Origin: Alphaproteobacteria bacterium
GTDB lineage: Bacteria; Pseudomonadota; Alphaproteobacteria; GCA-2731375
Assembly: GCA_965225945.1 (NCBI GenBank)
Contig: CBDDBZ010000027.1
Location: 64,001 to 128,000, forward strand
Direction: 5' to 3'
Length of the DNA: 64,000 nt
In this document: in pieces, positions 38,947 to 49,400 of the stretch
How positions within the stretch are numbered: the first letter of the stretch is position 1
Layout: every line of letters starts with the position of its first letter
Translations under genes and position numbers: made by a program
The notes under the pieces: generated by a model
Seen by the model: the letters and a program-made list of their open reading frames with translations, nothing else
Databases searched by the model: none
Told to the model about the DNA's origin: nothing

Positions 38947-40047
38947 ATGTACATTTGGCAATTGCCAGACTGGCCTCGGTTCCACTGGGACCGGGAGGGG
39001 ATGGGGATGGTTCTGGCGGAAGCCCGCCACGAACAAGGTCGGCTCATGGGCCGAATGGAAGCGCTCGGCTTTCGGCTGCGCGAAGAAGCACAGCTCGAGA
39101 CGCTGACCCAGGACGTGGTGAAGTCGAGCGAGATCGAGGGTGAAATGCTCGACCCGGACCAGGTGCGCTCATCCATCGCACGACGTCTCGGCATGGACAT
39201 CGGCGGCCTGAGACCGGCCGATCGGGACGTGGAAGGCATCGTCGACATGATGCTGGACGCAACGCACGCGTACCAAAAACCGCTGAGCGGTGAGAGACTA
39301 TTTGCCTGGCACGCCTCGTTGTTCCCGACCGGGTACAGCGGAATGGCCAAAATCCGAGTTGGCGCATGGCGGGACGACAGCAGCGGTCCCATGCAGGTCG
39401 TTTCCGGCCCTCATGGCAAGGAACGCGTCCACTACGTCGCACCCCCCGAAGACCGGCTGGACCGTGAGGTCTCGGTTTTTCTGGATTGGTTCAATGACGA
39501 ACACGGCATCGACCCCGTCCTGAAGGCTGGCCTCGCTCACTTATGGTTCGTGACCCTCCACCCTTTCGACGACGGCAATGGCCGTATCGCGAGGGCGATT
39601 GCCGACATGGCACTGGCGCGCTCCGAACGGAGCGCTCAGCGCTTCTACAGCATGTCGGCGCAAATAAGAATCGAACGGAACGCTTATTACAAGACGCTCG
39701 AAATGAGCCAAAAAGGGACCATGGATGTGACGGATTGGCAGGAATGGTTTCTGGGCTGCCTCATGCGAGCCATTGCCGGCGCGGAGGACATGTTGGCCTC
39801 GGTTTTGTTCAAAGCACGCTTCTGGAATCGGTTCGCCACCGAAGCGCTGAACGAGCGTCAGGTCAAAGTTCTCAACCGGCTGCTTGACGAGTTCGAGGGC
39901 AAGCTCACATCTTCGAAATGGGCAAAACTCGCCAAATGTTCCCAGGATACGGCCTATCGTGACATTCTCGATTTGATCGGGCGGGGCGTGCTCAAAAAGA
40001 ACCCCGGAGGCGGCCGCGCCACCAGCTATGACCTTGCCGACATCTGA
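38947..40047 (+). CDS. Fic-family protein (DUF4172 N-terminus, C-terminal HTH)
   Basis: MYIWQLPDWPRF, SSEIEGE, HPFDDGNGRIAR. Confidence 0.95.
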   Translation: MYIWQLPDWPRFHWDREGMGMVLAEARHEQGRLMGRMEALGFRLREEAQLETLTQDVVKSSEIEGEMLDPDQVRSSIARRLGMDIGGLRPADRDVEGIVDMMLDATHAYQKPLSGERLFAWHASLFPTGYSGMAKIRVGAWRDDSSGPMQVVSGPHGKERVHYVAPPEDRLDREVSVFLDWFNDEHGIDPVLKAGLAHLWFVTLHPFDDGNGRIARAIADMALARSERSAQRFYSMSAQIRIERNAYYKTLEMSQKGTMDVTDWQEWFLGCLMRAIAGAEDMLASVLFKARFWNRFATEALNERQVKVLNRLLDEFEGKLTSSKWAKLAKCSQDTAYRDILDLIGRGVLKKNPGGGRATSYDLADI

Positions 40048-40121
40048 TGGCTGCCTTGTCCCGGCTCGAGGATGGGACTAGAGACGACGAGATCGCCACG
40101 CCGGCCTAGGGACGCATCGCG

Positions 40122-41744
40122 ATGAACATGGCCTTCGAAACCGACCTCGACAGGAACCGCGCCAACTATCAGGCCCTGAGCCCGCTCGGCTTCCTCGACC
40201 GCGCCGCCGCCGTCCATCCCGAGCGTCCGGCGATCGTCCACGGTGCTCTCAGGCGAAGCTGGGCCGAGGTGGCGCGCCGTTGCCGACGCCTGGCCTCGGC
40301 GTTGGCCCAAAGCGGCGTCGCGCCCGGCGATACCGTCGCCCTGCTGGCGCCCAACGTGCCGGCGATGTACGAGGCGCATTACGGCGTGCCGATGACCGGC
40401 GCGGTGATCAACACCATCAATTACCGGCTCGACGCCGCCGCGATTCGCTTCATCCTCGAACACGGCGAGGCCAAGGTGCTGATCACCGATACGGAGTTCG
40501 CCGAGGTCGCGGCCCGGGCGCTGGAAGGGCTGACCAAGAAGCCGCTGGTGATCGACATCGCCGATTCCCTCGGCCCGGGCGGCGAGGCCCTCGGCGAGAT
40601 CGAGTACGAGGACTTCATCGCCGAGGGCGAAGCGGATTACCAGGGGCCCGCGATCCTCGACGAGTGGAACGCCATCTCGCTCAACTACACCTCGGGCACC
40701 ACGGGCAATCCGAAGGGCGTGGTCTACAGCCACCGAAGCACCTATCTGAACGCCGTCTGCAACGCCGTTTCCTGGAGCATGGGGCGCCATCCGATCTACC
40801 TCTGGACCCTGCCGATGTTCCACTGCAACGGCTGGTGCTTCCCCTGGACCATCGCCATGCTGGCCGGCACCAACGTCTGCCTGCGCCGCGTCGAGGCGGG
40901 CTCGATCTTCGGGGCCTTCGCGGAACACGGCGTGACCCACCTCTGTGGCGCGCCGATCGTGATGCAGATGATCACCGATGCCCCGGCGGCGGAGCGGAGC
41001 GGCTTTTCTCAAGCGGTCTCGATGATGACCGCCGCCGCGCCGCCACCGGCGAGCGTGCTCGCGCGGATGGCGCGCGAGGGGATCGAGGTGACCCACGTCT
41101 ACGGCTTGACCGAGACCTGTGGCCCCTCGGTGGTCTGCGAATGGCACCCCGAGTGGAGCGACCGCGAGATCGAGAGCCAGGCCCGTCTGAAGGCCCGCCA
41201 GGGCGTCGCTTATCACCTGCTACACGGCTTGATGGTCGCCGACCCGAAGACGCTGGAGCCGGTCCCGCGCGACGGCGAGACGATGGGCGAGGTCTTCATG
41301 CGCGGCAACATCGTGATGAAGGGCTACCTGAAGAACCCGGATGCCAGCCGAGAGGCCTTCGAGGGCGGCTGGTTCCACTCCGGCGATCTCGGCGTCTGGC
41401 ACACCGACGGCTATATCGAGCTGAAGGACCGCTCCAAGGACATCATCATTTCGGGCGGCGAGAACATCTCCTCGATCGAGGTCGAGGACGCGCTCTACCG
41501 GCACCCCGCCGTGGCCGCCGTCGCGGTGGTCGCCCGGCCGGACGAGACATGGGGCGAGATCCCCTGCGCCTTCGTCGAGTTGAAGCCCGGCCAGAGCGCC
41601 GGCGAGGACGAGATCATCGCCTTCGCCCGCGACAACCTGGCCCGCTTCAAGTGCCCGCGCGCGGTCGTCTTCGGCGAGCTGCCCAAGACCCCGACCGGCA
41701 AGATCCAGAAATACGTGCTGCGCGATCGGGCCCGCGAGGCCTAG
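40122..41744 (+). CDS. Acyl-CoA synthetase (AMP-forming)
   Basis: YTSGTTGNPKG, YGLTE, WFHSGD, DRSKDIIISGGENISS, PKTPTGKIQK. Confidence 0.95.
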   Translation: MNMAFETDLDRNRANYQALSPLGFLDRAAAVHPERPAIVHGALRRSWAEVARRCRRLASALAQSGVAPGDTVALLAPNVPAMYEAHYGVPMTGAVINTINYRLDAAAIRFILEHGEAKVLITDTEFAEVAARALEGLTKKPLVIDIADSLGPGGEALGEIEYEDFIAEGEADYQGPAILDEWNAISLNYTSGTTGNPKGVVYSHRSTYLNAVCNAVSWSMGRHPIYLWTLPMFHCNGWCFPWTIAMLAGTNVCLRRVEAGSIFGAFAEHGVTHLCGAPIVMQMITDAPAAERSGFSQAVSMMTAAAPPPASVLARMAREGIEVTHVYGLTETCGPSVVCEWHPEWSDREIESQARLKARQGVAYHLLHGLMVADPKTLEPVPRDGETMGEVFMRGNIVMKGYLKNPDASREAFEGGWFHSGDLGVWHTDGYIELKDRSKDIIISGGENISSIEVEDALYRHPAVAAVAVVARPDETWGEIPCAFVELKPGQSAGEDEIIAFARDNLARFKCPRAVVFGELPKTPTGKIQKYVLRDRAREA

Positions 41745-41764
41745 GGCCGAGCGAGCCGACGGCG

Positions 41765-43372
41765 ATGGCCGAGGCGTACGACTACATCATCGTCGGCGCC
41801 GGCGCCGCCGGCTGCGTCCTCGCCGACCGCCTCACGGGCGACCCCAAGAACCGCGTGCTGGTACTGGAAGCCGGCGGGAACGACGGCAACCTCTGGATCC
41901 GCGTGCCCGCCGGCGTAACCCGGACGCTGAGCAATCCCGCCGTCAACTGGTGCTATGAAACGGCGAACGAGGCGCAACTGAACGGCCGCCGCCTGTTCTA
42001 TCCGCAGGGCAAGACCCTCGGCGGTTCCTCCTCCATCAATGGCCACCTCTATGTCCGGGGCCAGCCCGGCGACTACGACCATTGGGCGCGGCTCGGCAAT
42101 CGGGGCTGGAGCTACCAGGACGTGCTGCCCCATTTCATGCGGGCGGAGACACGGGCAGGTGGCGATCCGGCGACTCGCGGCGACGACGGTCCGCTGCAAA
42201 TCCAGGATCAGCGCGACACCCATCCGCTGGTCCACGCCTTCGTCGAGGCCGCGGTGGCGAGCGGCCTGCCGCGCAACCCGGATTACAATTCCGGCAGCCA
42301 GGAAGGCGCCGGCTTCTATCAGCAGATGATACGCGAGGGCCGGCGCTGGAGCGCGGCCGACGCCTATCTGAAGCCGGCGTTGCGGCGGCCCAATCTGCGC
42401 CTCGTCACCCGCGCGCTCGCCGAACGGGTGGTGTTGAACGGCAGCCGAGCCGTCGGCGTCGTCTATTGCCGCCACGGCCGGGAAATCGAGGCCCGAGCCG
42501 GCCGCGAGGTGATCCTCTGCGGCGGCGCGATCAACTCACCGCAGCTTCTCCAGCTCTCCGGCATCGGGCCGGGCGACGTGCTGCGCGCCGCCGGGGTCGA
42601 GGTGGCGCATGAGCTCGCCGGCGTCGGCCACAATCTCCGCGACCACTACATCGCCCGGGTGCAGGCACGGGTCCAGGGGATCGCCACGGTCAACGAGCTA
42701 GCGCGCGGCCCGGCGCTGCTGGGCCAGATCCTGCGCTACGCCGTCGCGCGTCGCGGGATCCTGTGGATGAGCCCTGGTCAGGGCCATGCCTTCGCGCGCT
42801 CGCGCGCCGAGCTCGACCGTCCCGACCTGCAGCTCATCTTCGCGCCTGCCTCCCATGGCGATCCGCGTCTCGGCGCGGCCAAGTTGGAGCGCGAGCCCGG
42901 CATGACCTGCGGCGCGCTGCAACTGCGCCCGGAGAGCCAGGGCGTCTGCGAGATCCTCTCCGCCGATCCGACGCAGCCGCCGGTCATTCGTCCCAACTAT
43001 CTGGCGGAGGAAGGCGATCGGCGGGTTCTGGTGGCGGGCCTCGCAATTGCGCGCCGGATCACCCGAACGCCCCCGCTCGCGCACTATGTGGCCAGCGAGG
43101 TCTTGCCGGGCGACGAGGTCGAATGCGACGACGCGTGGCTCGACTTCGCCCGCGCCACCGGCGCTAGCCTCCATCATCCGATCGGGACCTGCCGAATGGG
43201 CCCCGATCCGCTCGCCGTCGTCGACGCGCGCTTGCGCGTGCACGGCCTGGCGGGTCTTCGCGTGATAGACGCCTCGGTCATGCCCACCATGCCCTCCGGC
43301 AACACCTACGCCCCCACCAACATGATCGCGGAGAAGGGCGCCTCGATGCTGTTGGACGACCGCGCGATCTGA
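41765..43372 (+). CDS. GMC oxidoreductase (choline dehydrogenase-like)
   Basis: YDYIIVGAGAAG, GKTLGGSSSING, GAINSPQLLQLSGIG, HPIGTCRMG, GNT; true start ATG 41765. Confidence 0.95.
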   Translation: MAEAYDYIIVGAGAAGCVLADRLTGDPKNRVLVLEAGGNDGNLWIRVPAGVTRTLSNPAVNWCYETANEAQLNGRRLFYPQGKTLGGSSSINGHLYVRGQPGDYDHWARLGNRGWSYQDVLPHFMRAETRAGGDPATRGDDGPLQIQDQRDTHPLVHAFVEAAVASGLPRNPDYNSGSQEGAGFYQQMIREGRRWSAADAYLKPALRRPNLRLVTRALAERVVLNGSRAVGVVYCRHGREIEARAGREVILCGGAINSPQLLQLSGIGPGDVLRAAGVEVAHELAGVGHNLRDHYIARVQARVQGIATVNELARGPALLGQILRYAVARRGILWMSPGQGHAFARSRAELDRPDLQLIFAPASHGDPRLGAAKLEREPGMTCGALQLRPESQGVCEILSADPTQPPVIRPNYLAEEGDRRVLVAGLAIARRITRTPPLAHYVASEVLPGDEVECDDAWLDFARATGASLHHPIGTCRMGPDPLAVVDARLRVHGLAGLRVIDASVMPTMPSGNTYAPTNMIAEKGASMLLDDRAI

Positions 43373-43482
43373 CCCGATGCTCCGGCCATGGCGTTGATCG
43401 GTAAAATTTCGTTCCCACGCGAATTGGAAGCCGTCGCCCTGGTTTCGAGGCGCGCGGACGACATGCCCACGACAGCCGCGCT

Positions 43483-43655
43483 ATGGCGTCGCGGGTGAAC
43501 GCGAGCTATACAGGCAAGGCGCTGCTCGCGACGGAGTTTCGAGATGAGCATGGTCACGTCCCCGGAAGTTGGTGCGAAACCTGGAGGCCAAGGACGCGGC
43601 GGAAGGCATCGCGGCCTTCCTCGAAAAACGGGCGCGCGAATGGCACGCCTCCTAG
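43483..43655 (+). pseudogene. Enoyl-CoA hydratase C-terminal remnant
   Basis: Frame ending KDAAEGIAAFLEKRAREWHAS*, a crotonase C-terminal signature, with no intact upstream part. Confidence 0.6.
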
Positions 43656-43674
43656 CGAAACGAGGGAAGCCGAG

Positions 43675-44190
43675 ATGAGCGCGAGCGAGGCCACCGACGT
43701 GGCGGAACCGAAACGACTGGAGTATCCCGAAGCGCTGATCCGCGAGGTTCTCCGCCAGACCAAGACCATCGCCATGGTGGGGGCGTCGGCGAATTGGATC
43801 CGGCCCAGCTTCTACGCCATGAAATACCTGCAGAAGAAGGGCTATCGGATCATCCCCGTGAACCCGCGCGAGGCCGGCAACGAGATCCTGGGAGAACTCG
43901 CTTATGCCAGCCTGGCCGAGATCCCGGTCAAGGTGGACATGGTGCAGTGTTTTCGCGGCTCCGAGGCGGTCCCGGGGATCGTCGAGGATGCCAAGGCGAT
44001 TTCGCCCAAGGTGCTCTGGATGCAGCTCGGCGTGCGCCACGACGGCGCCGCTGGAATCGCGGAAGCCGCCGGCATGACGGTGATCATGGATCGCTGCCCG
44101 AAGATCGAGTACGGCCGTCTCGGCGGCGATATCGGCTGGCTCGGCGTCAACACCGGTGTCGTCAGCAGCCGGCGCTTCAGGCGCATTTAG
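43675..44190 (+). CDS. CoA-binding protein (YccU-like)
   Basis: TIAMVGAS...RPS..AMKYL...GYRIIPVNP, WMQLG, MDRCPKIE. Confidence 0.92.
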   Translation: MSASEATDVAEPKRLEYPEALIREVLRQTKTIAMVGASANWIRPSFYAMKYLQKKGYRIIPVNPREAGNEILGELAYASLAEIPVKVDMVQCFRGSEAVPGIVEDAKAISPKVLWMQLGVRHDGAAGIAEAAGMTVIMDRCPKIEYGRLGGDIGWLGVNTGVVSSRRFRRI

Positions 44191-44193
44191 CCC

Positions 44194-45471
44194 ATGAGCG
44201 AACACGGTTTCGAAACCCTGGCAATTCACGCCGGCGCCGCGCCGGAGCCGACCACCGGCGCGCGGGTCACGCCGATCTATCAAACCGCCTCCTACGTCTT
44301 CGAGGACGTCGACGAGGCCGCCGCGCTGTTCAATTTGCAAACCTTCGGCAACATCTATTCGCGCCTCACCAACCCGACCGTATCGGTGCTGGAGGAGCGG
44401 GTGGCGACGCTCGAGGGCGGCACCGCCGGGCTCGCCGTGGCCTCCGGTCACGCGGCGCAGTTGATCGTCTTTCACACGCTGCTGTCGAGCGGCGACGAGT
44501 TCCTGGCCGCCAGCCAATTGTACGGCGGCTCGATCACTCAGTTCTCGACCTCGTTCAAGCGGATGGGATGGACCTGCCATTTCGTCGATGCCGAGGATCC
44601 GGAGAACTTCGCCCGCGCCATGACGCCGAAGGTGAAGGCAATCTTCATCGAGAGCCTGGCCAACCCGGGCGGCGTCGTGGTCGATATCGAGGCGGTCGCC
44701 AAGGTGGCGAAGGCGGCGCACGTCCCGCTCATCGTCGACAACACGCTGGCGACGCCCTATCTCTGCCGGCCGTTCGAATGGGGCGCCGACATCGTGGTGC
44801 ACTCGTTGACGAAGTTCCTCGGCGGCCACGGCAACTCCATCGGCGGACTGATCGTCGACGGCGGCAGCTTCGATTGGGCGGGCGAAGGGGGCAAATACCC
44901 CGCGCTGACCGAGCCCTCGCCCGGCTATCACGGCATCCGCTTCCACGAGACCTTCGGCGACTTCGGCTTCGCGATCGCCTGTCGCGCCGTCGGGCTGAGG
45001 GATCTCGGACCCTCGCTCTCGCCGTTCAACGCCTTTCTGATCCTGACGGGTATCGAGACCTTGCCGCTCAGGATGGAGCGGCATTGCGGGAACGCATTGG
45101 AGGTGGCCCGGTTCCTCGCCGCCCATCCCCGCGTCGAGAGGATCTCCTATGCCGGTCTCGAGAGCGATCCGCACTATGAGCTGGCGCAAAAATACATGGC
45201 CAAGGGCGCCGGCGCGGTCTTCACCATCGGCCTCCAGGGCGGTTTCGAGGCCGGTGTGAAATTGGTCGAGAGCGTCGAATTATTTTCCCACCTCGCCAAC
45301 GTCGGCGATGCCAAGAGCCTGATCCTGCACCCGGCCTCGACGGTGCATCGACAATTGTCGCCCGAACAACTGGTCGCGGCCGGCGCCGGGCCGGAAGTGG
45401 TCCGATTGTCGATCGGGATCGAGACGGTCGAGGATCTGATCCGCGACCTCGACCGCGCGCTGGCGACGTGA
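44194..45471 (+). CDS. metY: O-acetylhomoserine aminocarboxypropyltransferase
   Basis: PIYQTASY, GNIYSRLTNPT, VHSLTKFLGGHG, SHLANVGDAKSL. Confidence 0.92.
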   Translation: MSEHGFETLAIHAGAAPEPTTGARVTPIYQTASYVFEDVDEAAALFNLQTFGNIYSRLTNPTVSVLEERVATLEGGTAGLAVASGHAAQLIVFHTLLSSGDEFLAASQLYGGSITQFSTSFKRMGWTCHFVDAEDPENFARAMTPKVKAIFIESLANPGGVVVDIEAVAKVAKAAHVPLIVDNTLATPYLCRPFEWGADIVVHSLTKFLGGHGNSIGGLIVDGGSFDWAGEGGKYPALTEPSPGYHGIRFHETFGDFGFAIACRAVGLRDLGPSLSPFNAFLILTGIETLPLRMERHCGNALEVARFLAAHPRVERISYAGLESDPHYELAQKYMAKGAGAVFTIGLQGGFEAGVKLVESVELFSHLANVGDAKSLILHPASTVHRQLSPEQLVAAGAGPEVVRLSIGIETVEDLIRDLDRALAT

Positions 45472-46184
45472 CGCTGTTAAATTAGTTCACATTAATATCA
45501 TAATTACCGCATGTTCCGTGGCATAGCCTTTGTCTGCGATGGTCCGAGGCGATGCAGGCACTGGCGCGGGTGAGGGAGCGTTTTGCGGAATTTTCCATGT
45601 AGGTGAACGAATTTAGTGCTATGGGAACGGAATTCACAAAAAGTGAACGTTACATCTCATGGAAAGAAATAGTGAACGATTTTCACGCTCAGTGAGCGTT
45701 CTTCGGCAACATCGCTTGCCGGAACCGGCGACGCTCGCCGGATATGCGAGGCCGCAGGCGTAATTCCATTACCAGTGTGTCGCCCGGACGATCCCATTTC
45801 CGCCAACCCATATTGCGCGCATCTCTGGGGTGAGAAAATCGATCATTTATTAATAGTACTGCAAATACGGTATATTGGATATAAAATAGAAAAATCGAAG
45901 AATTTGCAGAACGAAATCCCACCGGCCGCACGCGGCTCAAGAAAGCCAATTCATTTCAATGCTTTGATCGATGTCTTCATATTCTGAATTTGAGATATAC
46001 TGCCGGCGACTCGTCATTTTCGCCCGCGAAGGGCCCGGATCGGGCGTCACCTTGTCATGTCGCGGGGCTCGAATGCCGCGCCGGTTCGCCGAAATCCGGG
46101 ATCAAACGGCCATGGCCGAGACGGCTTGATCCCAGCCGCTCGTGGCAAGAGTTCGGCCGGCGCCGACCTCCGTCGCGGCGAAGC

Positions 46185-48632
46185 TCACTCGGCGGCGGCG
46201 GTCTCCTGGGCGCGCGCCATGCGTTCGTAGCGGGCGACGCGCCCGCGAACGAGCGGCGTGTTCACGACCTCCGAGAGCGGCGGCGCGGCGAAGGAGGCTC
46301 TCGTCCGCGTCGCCGGCGGACGGCCATACTCGGTCGTGCGCTGCACCGCCACGCGCCCCAACTCACCGATCAGGCGCTCCATCCGCTCGGGCGGCATTTC
46401 CTGGCCGAACGTGGCGCCGGCCGCCCGCGTTATGCTCTCGTTCATCAGCGTGCCACCGAGATCGTTGGCGCCGGCGTCGAGGCAGGCGGCCACGCCGATC
46501 GGTCCCATCTTCACCCAGGAGGTCTGGATGTTGGTGATATGGGGGTGCAGCGCCAGGCGGGCGACGGCGTGCATCAACACCGCCTCGCGGAACGTCGGCC
46601 CCTTGCGCGCGCGACCCTTCAGGTAGATCGGCGCCTCCATGTGAACGAAGGGCAGCGGCACGAACTCGGTGAAGCCGCCGGTCTCCCTTTGCAAGGCACG
46701 CAGGCGCAAAAGATGGCGCGCCCAATGCACCGGCCGCTCGACATGGCCGTACATGATCGTCGCCGTGGTGCGATAGCCGAGGCCATGCGCCAGGCGCATT
46801 ACCTCCAACCACTGATCCGTCGTGACCTTGTCCGGACAGATGATCGCACGAACCTCGTCGTCCAGGATCTCCGCCGCCGTGCCGGGAAGCGTGCCCAACC
46901 CCGCCGCCTTCAGGCGCGCGAGAAAGGCCTCGATGCCCAGACCGAGGGTCTCGGCGCCCTGCCGGACCTCGAGCGGGGTGAAGGCATGCACGTGCATGTC
47001 GGGCGTCACCGCCTTCACCGCCGCCACGACCTCGAGATAGGTCTCGCCGGTATAGTCGGGGTGGATGCCGCCCTGCATGCAGACTTCGCTCGCCCCACGC
47101 TCCCAGGCCTCGCGGGCGCGGCGTTGGATCTCTTCCAACGACAGGTCGTAGGGCCGGCCGCGCAAATTCTCGGAGAGCTTGCCCTTGGAGAAGGCGCAGA
47201 ACTGGCAGCGGAAATAGCAAACGTTGGTGTAGTTGATGTTGCGATTGACGACGTAGGTGACGACGTCGCCGTTTACCTCGCGGCGCAGCGCGTCGGCGGC
47301 CCGGGTCACCTCGCCAACCTCGGCGCCGCGTGCCTGAAAGAGCCGCGTGACCTCCCGCTCGCTCAAATCCTCGCCGTCGCGCGCGCGCTGCAGCAGGCCC
47401 GCGAGATGGTCGTTCGGGCGCGCCAGGGCCGGAGCCTCGAGCGGCTCGGGCTCGGATTCGGCGCCCGGCGACCAGTCGTCGGCACGGGCCAGCCCGTCGG
47501 AATCCGCCAGGGCGAGAACGCGGCCGCGCAGATCGGGCGCGAGCCAGCGTTCGGCCTCGTCGAGATAGTCCGGATAGATCGCCAATCGGGGCGCCAAGAC
47601 CTTGTCGGCGGCGGCCGTCTCGCGCTCCAGCGCGGCGAGATGCGGCCAGGGCGCCTCGGGATTGACGTGATCCGGCGTCACCGGCGAGACGCCGCCCCAG
47701 TCGTTGATGCCGGCATCCAACAGCCGGTCGAGGCCGCCGGGGCTGAGATTGGGCGGCGCCTGGAGGCTCATCCGGGGCCCGAGGATCAGGCGCGCGACGG
47801 CGATGGTCCAGGCGAGATCCTCCAACGTCGGCTCCGCCGCCCCAGCCATGCGGGTGCCTGCCTTGGCGCGAAAATTCTGGATGATGATTTCTTGAATGTG
47901 CCCGTGCCGGCGATGCGCGGCACGCAGTGCCAGCAGGGCCTCGATCCGCTCCCGCCGGGTTTCGCCGATGCCGATCAGGATGCCGCTGGTGAAGGGCACG
48001 CCGGCGATGCCGGCCGCCTCGATCACGGCGAGACGGACCTCGGGGTCCTTGTCGGGGGAGCCGTGGTGCGCCAGGCCCTTGGCCATCAGGCGCGCCGAGG
48101 CGCTTTCCAGCATCATCCCCTGGCTGACCGAAACCGCCTTCAAGCGCCGCGCCGCCGCCTCGTCGACGATGCCGGGGTTGAGGTGCGGCAGCAGCGAGGT
48201 CTCCTCCAGCACCAGCCGGGCCGCTTCCGCCAGATAGTCGAGCGTCGTCTCGTGGCCGAGCGCCGCCAGCTCCTCCCGCGCGACGCGGTAGCGGAGCTCG
48301 GGCTTGTCGCCGAGGGTGAACAGCGCCTCATGGCACCCCGCGGCCTCGCCGGCCCGGGCGATCGCCAGGATCTCGTCGTGCGTCAGATACGCGCGCTGGC
48401 CGGGCTTCGGTGGATGGGCGAAGGTGCAGTAGTGACAGACGTCGCGGCAAAGCTGGGTCAGGGGAATGAAGACCTTGCGGGAATAGGTGACGACGCGGCC
48501 GAAGCCCAGGTCGCGCCAATCGCGGGCGACACGGAAGAGCGTGTCGGTATCCCTCGCCTCGGCGAGCGCCAGGGCCGCATCGCCTGAGAGAGGCTCGCGT
48601 GCCCGCCCGACCAGGTCGCGCAAATCACCCAT
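46185..48632 (-). CDS. fbiC: FO synthase, bifunctional CofG-CofH fusion
   Basis: Two radical-SAM motifs CRDVCHYC and CYFRCQFC; DWGGVSPVTPDHVNPE; LPGTAAEILDD; GTLMNESI. Confidence 0.95.
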   Translation of the reverse strand: MGDLRDLVGRAREPLSGDAALALAEARDTDTLFRVARDWRDLGFGRVVTYSRKVFIPLTQLCRDVCHYCTFAHPPKPGQRAYLTHDEILAIARAGEAAGCHEALFTLGDKPELRYRVAREELAALGHETTLDYLAEAARLVLEETSLLPHLNPGIVDEAAARRLKAVSVSQGMMLESASARLMAKGLAHHGSPDKDPEVRLAVIEAAGIAGVPFTSGILIGIGETRRERIEALLALRAAHRRHGHIQEIIIQNFRAKAGTRMAGAAEPTLEDLAWTIAVARLILGPRMSLQAPPNLSPGGLDRLLDAGINDWGGVSPVTPDHVNPEAPWPHLAALERETAAADKVLAPRLAIYPDYLDEAERWLAPDLRGRVLALADSDGLARADDWSPGAESEPEPLEAPALARPNDHLAGLLQRARDGEDLSEREVTRLFQARGAEVGEVTRAADALRREVNGDVVTYVVNRNINYTNVCYFRCQFCAFSKGKLSENLRGRPYDLSLEEIQRRAREAWERGASEVCMQGGIHPDYTGETYLEVVAAVKAVTPDMHVHAFTPLEVRQGAETLGLGIEAFLARLKAAGLGTLPGTAAEILDDEVRAIICPDKVTTDQWLEVMRLAHGLGYRTTATIMYGHVERPVHWARHLLRLRALQRETGGFTEFVPLPFVHMEAPIYLKGRARKGPTFREAVLMHAVARLALHPHITNIQTSWVKMGPIGVAACLDAGANDLGGTLMNESITRAAGATFGQEMPPERMERLIGELGRVAVQRTTEYGRPPATRTRASFAAPPLSEVVNTPLVRGRVARYERMARAQETAAAE

Positions 48633-48634
48633 GG

Positions 48635-49327
48635 TCAGTCGCCGCCCGCCGCTGCCGTCTCGCGCGGCGCAGCCGCGCTCGCGAGCAGCCGTTCGACGAT
48701 GCCGCTCTCGGCGAGATAGCGCTGAGTCCGGGTCGCGCCCGCTCGCCGGGCCAGCTCGATCAGATCCTCGGGCGTGTCGATATCGAGGCCGATGCCGGGA
48801 AGACGCAGCACCCGGGGATCGAGCCCACGCGCGCGCGCCGAGGCGAGATGGGGCCGGAAGCTATTCTCGCCGAAGCGAAGCGCCATCACCTCGGGCGGCG
48901 AGCAGAGCACGCAGTTGGAGCCCAATTCGTCACGGCTGGGGACGATGGTGAAGGCGGGCGCCGGGCCGTGCGCCGCCAACACGGTCTCGATCTCCCCCGC
49001 GCTCAGGAGGGGCAGGTCGCCCGGCACCTGCAACAGGCCCTCGGCCCCTTCCGCCGCCAATACGCTGGCCGCCCGCGCGACGGCGGCGCTGTGGCCGCGA
49101 TTTTCCGGCTCGCCTATCACCCGGATCTCGAAGTGTCGCGCCAACGCCTCCGCCTCCCCGTCGCGGGTAACCAGCACGACGCCGGCGAGCCCGCGCGCGG
49201 CCCGAAGCGCGCTCAAGACGTCACGCAGCATCGCGCGATAGAGCTCGCGCCGCTCGTCCAGCGCCAGAGCGCGCGCGAGACGCTGTTTCACGCCGCCCAT
49301 GTCCTTAACGGGGACAACCGCCCACAT
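48635..49327 (-). CDS. cofC: 2-phospho-L-lactate/PEP guanylyltransferase
   Basis: WAVVPVK...KQRL, GDLPL, FGENSF..H, LDIDTPEDL. Confidence 0.92.
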   Translation of the reverse strand: MWAVVPVKDMGGVKQRLARALALDERRELYRAMLRDVLSALRAARGLAGVVLVTRDGEAEALARHFEIRVIGEPENRGHSAAVARAASVLAAEGAEGLLQVPGDLPLLSAGEIETVLAAHGPAPAFTIVPSRDELGSNCVLCSPPEVMALRFGENSFRPHLASARARGLDPRVLRLPGIGLDIDTPEDLIELARRAGATRTQRYLAESGIVERLLASAAAPRETAAAGGD

Positions 49328-49400
49328 GCCGCCTCCCCCGACCATCGGGCCACCGAAACCACCCGTGGAACCTAGAAACGAACGGGTACCGGGTCAAACC

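Noticed and set aside
40280-41764. 1030-aa fusion ORF upstream of the GMC oxidoreductase
   Set aside because: The N-terminal half is an off-frame overlap of the acyl-CoA synthetase; the real start is ATG 41765.
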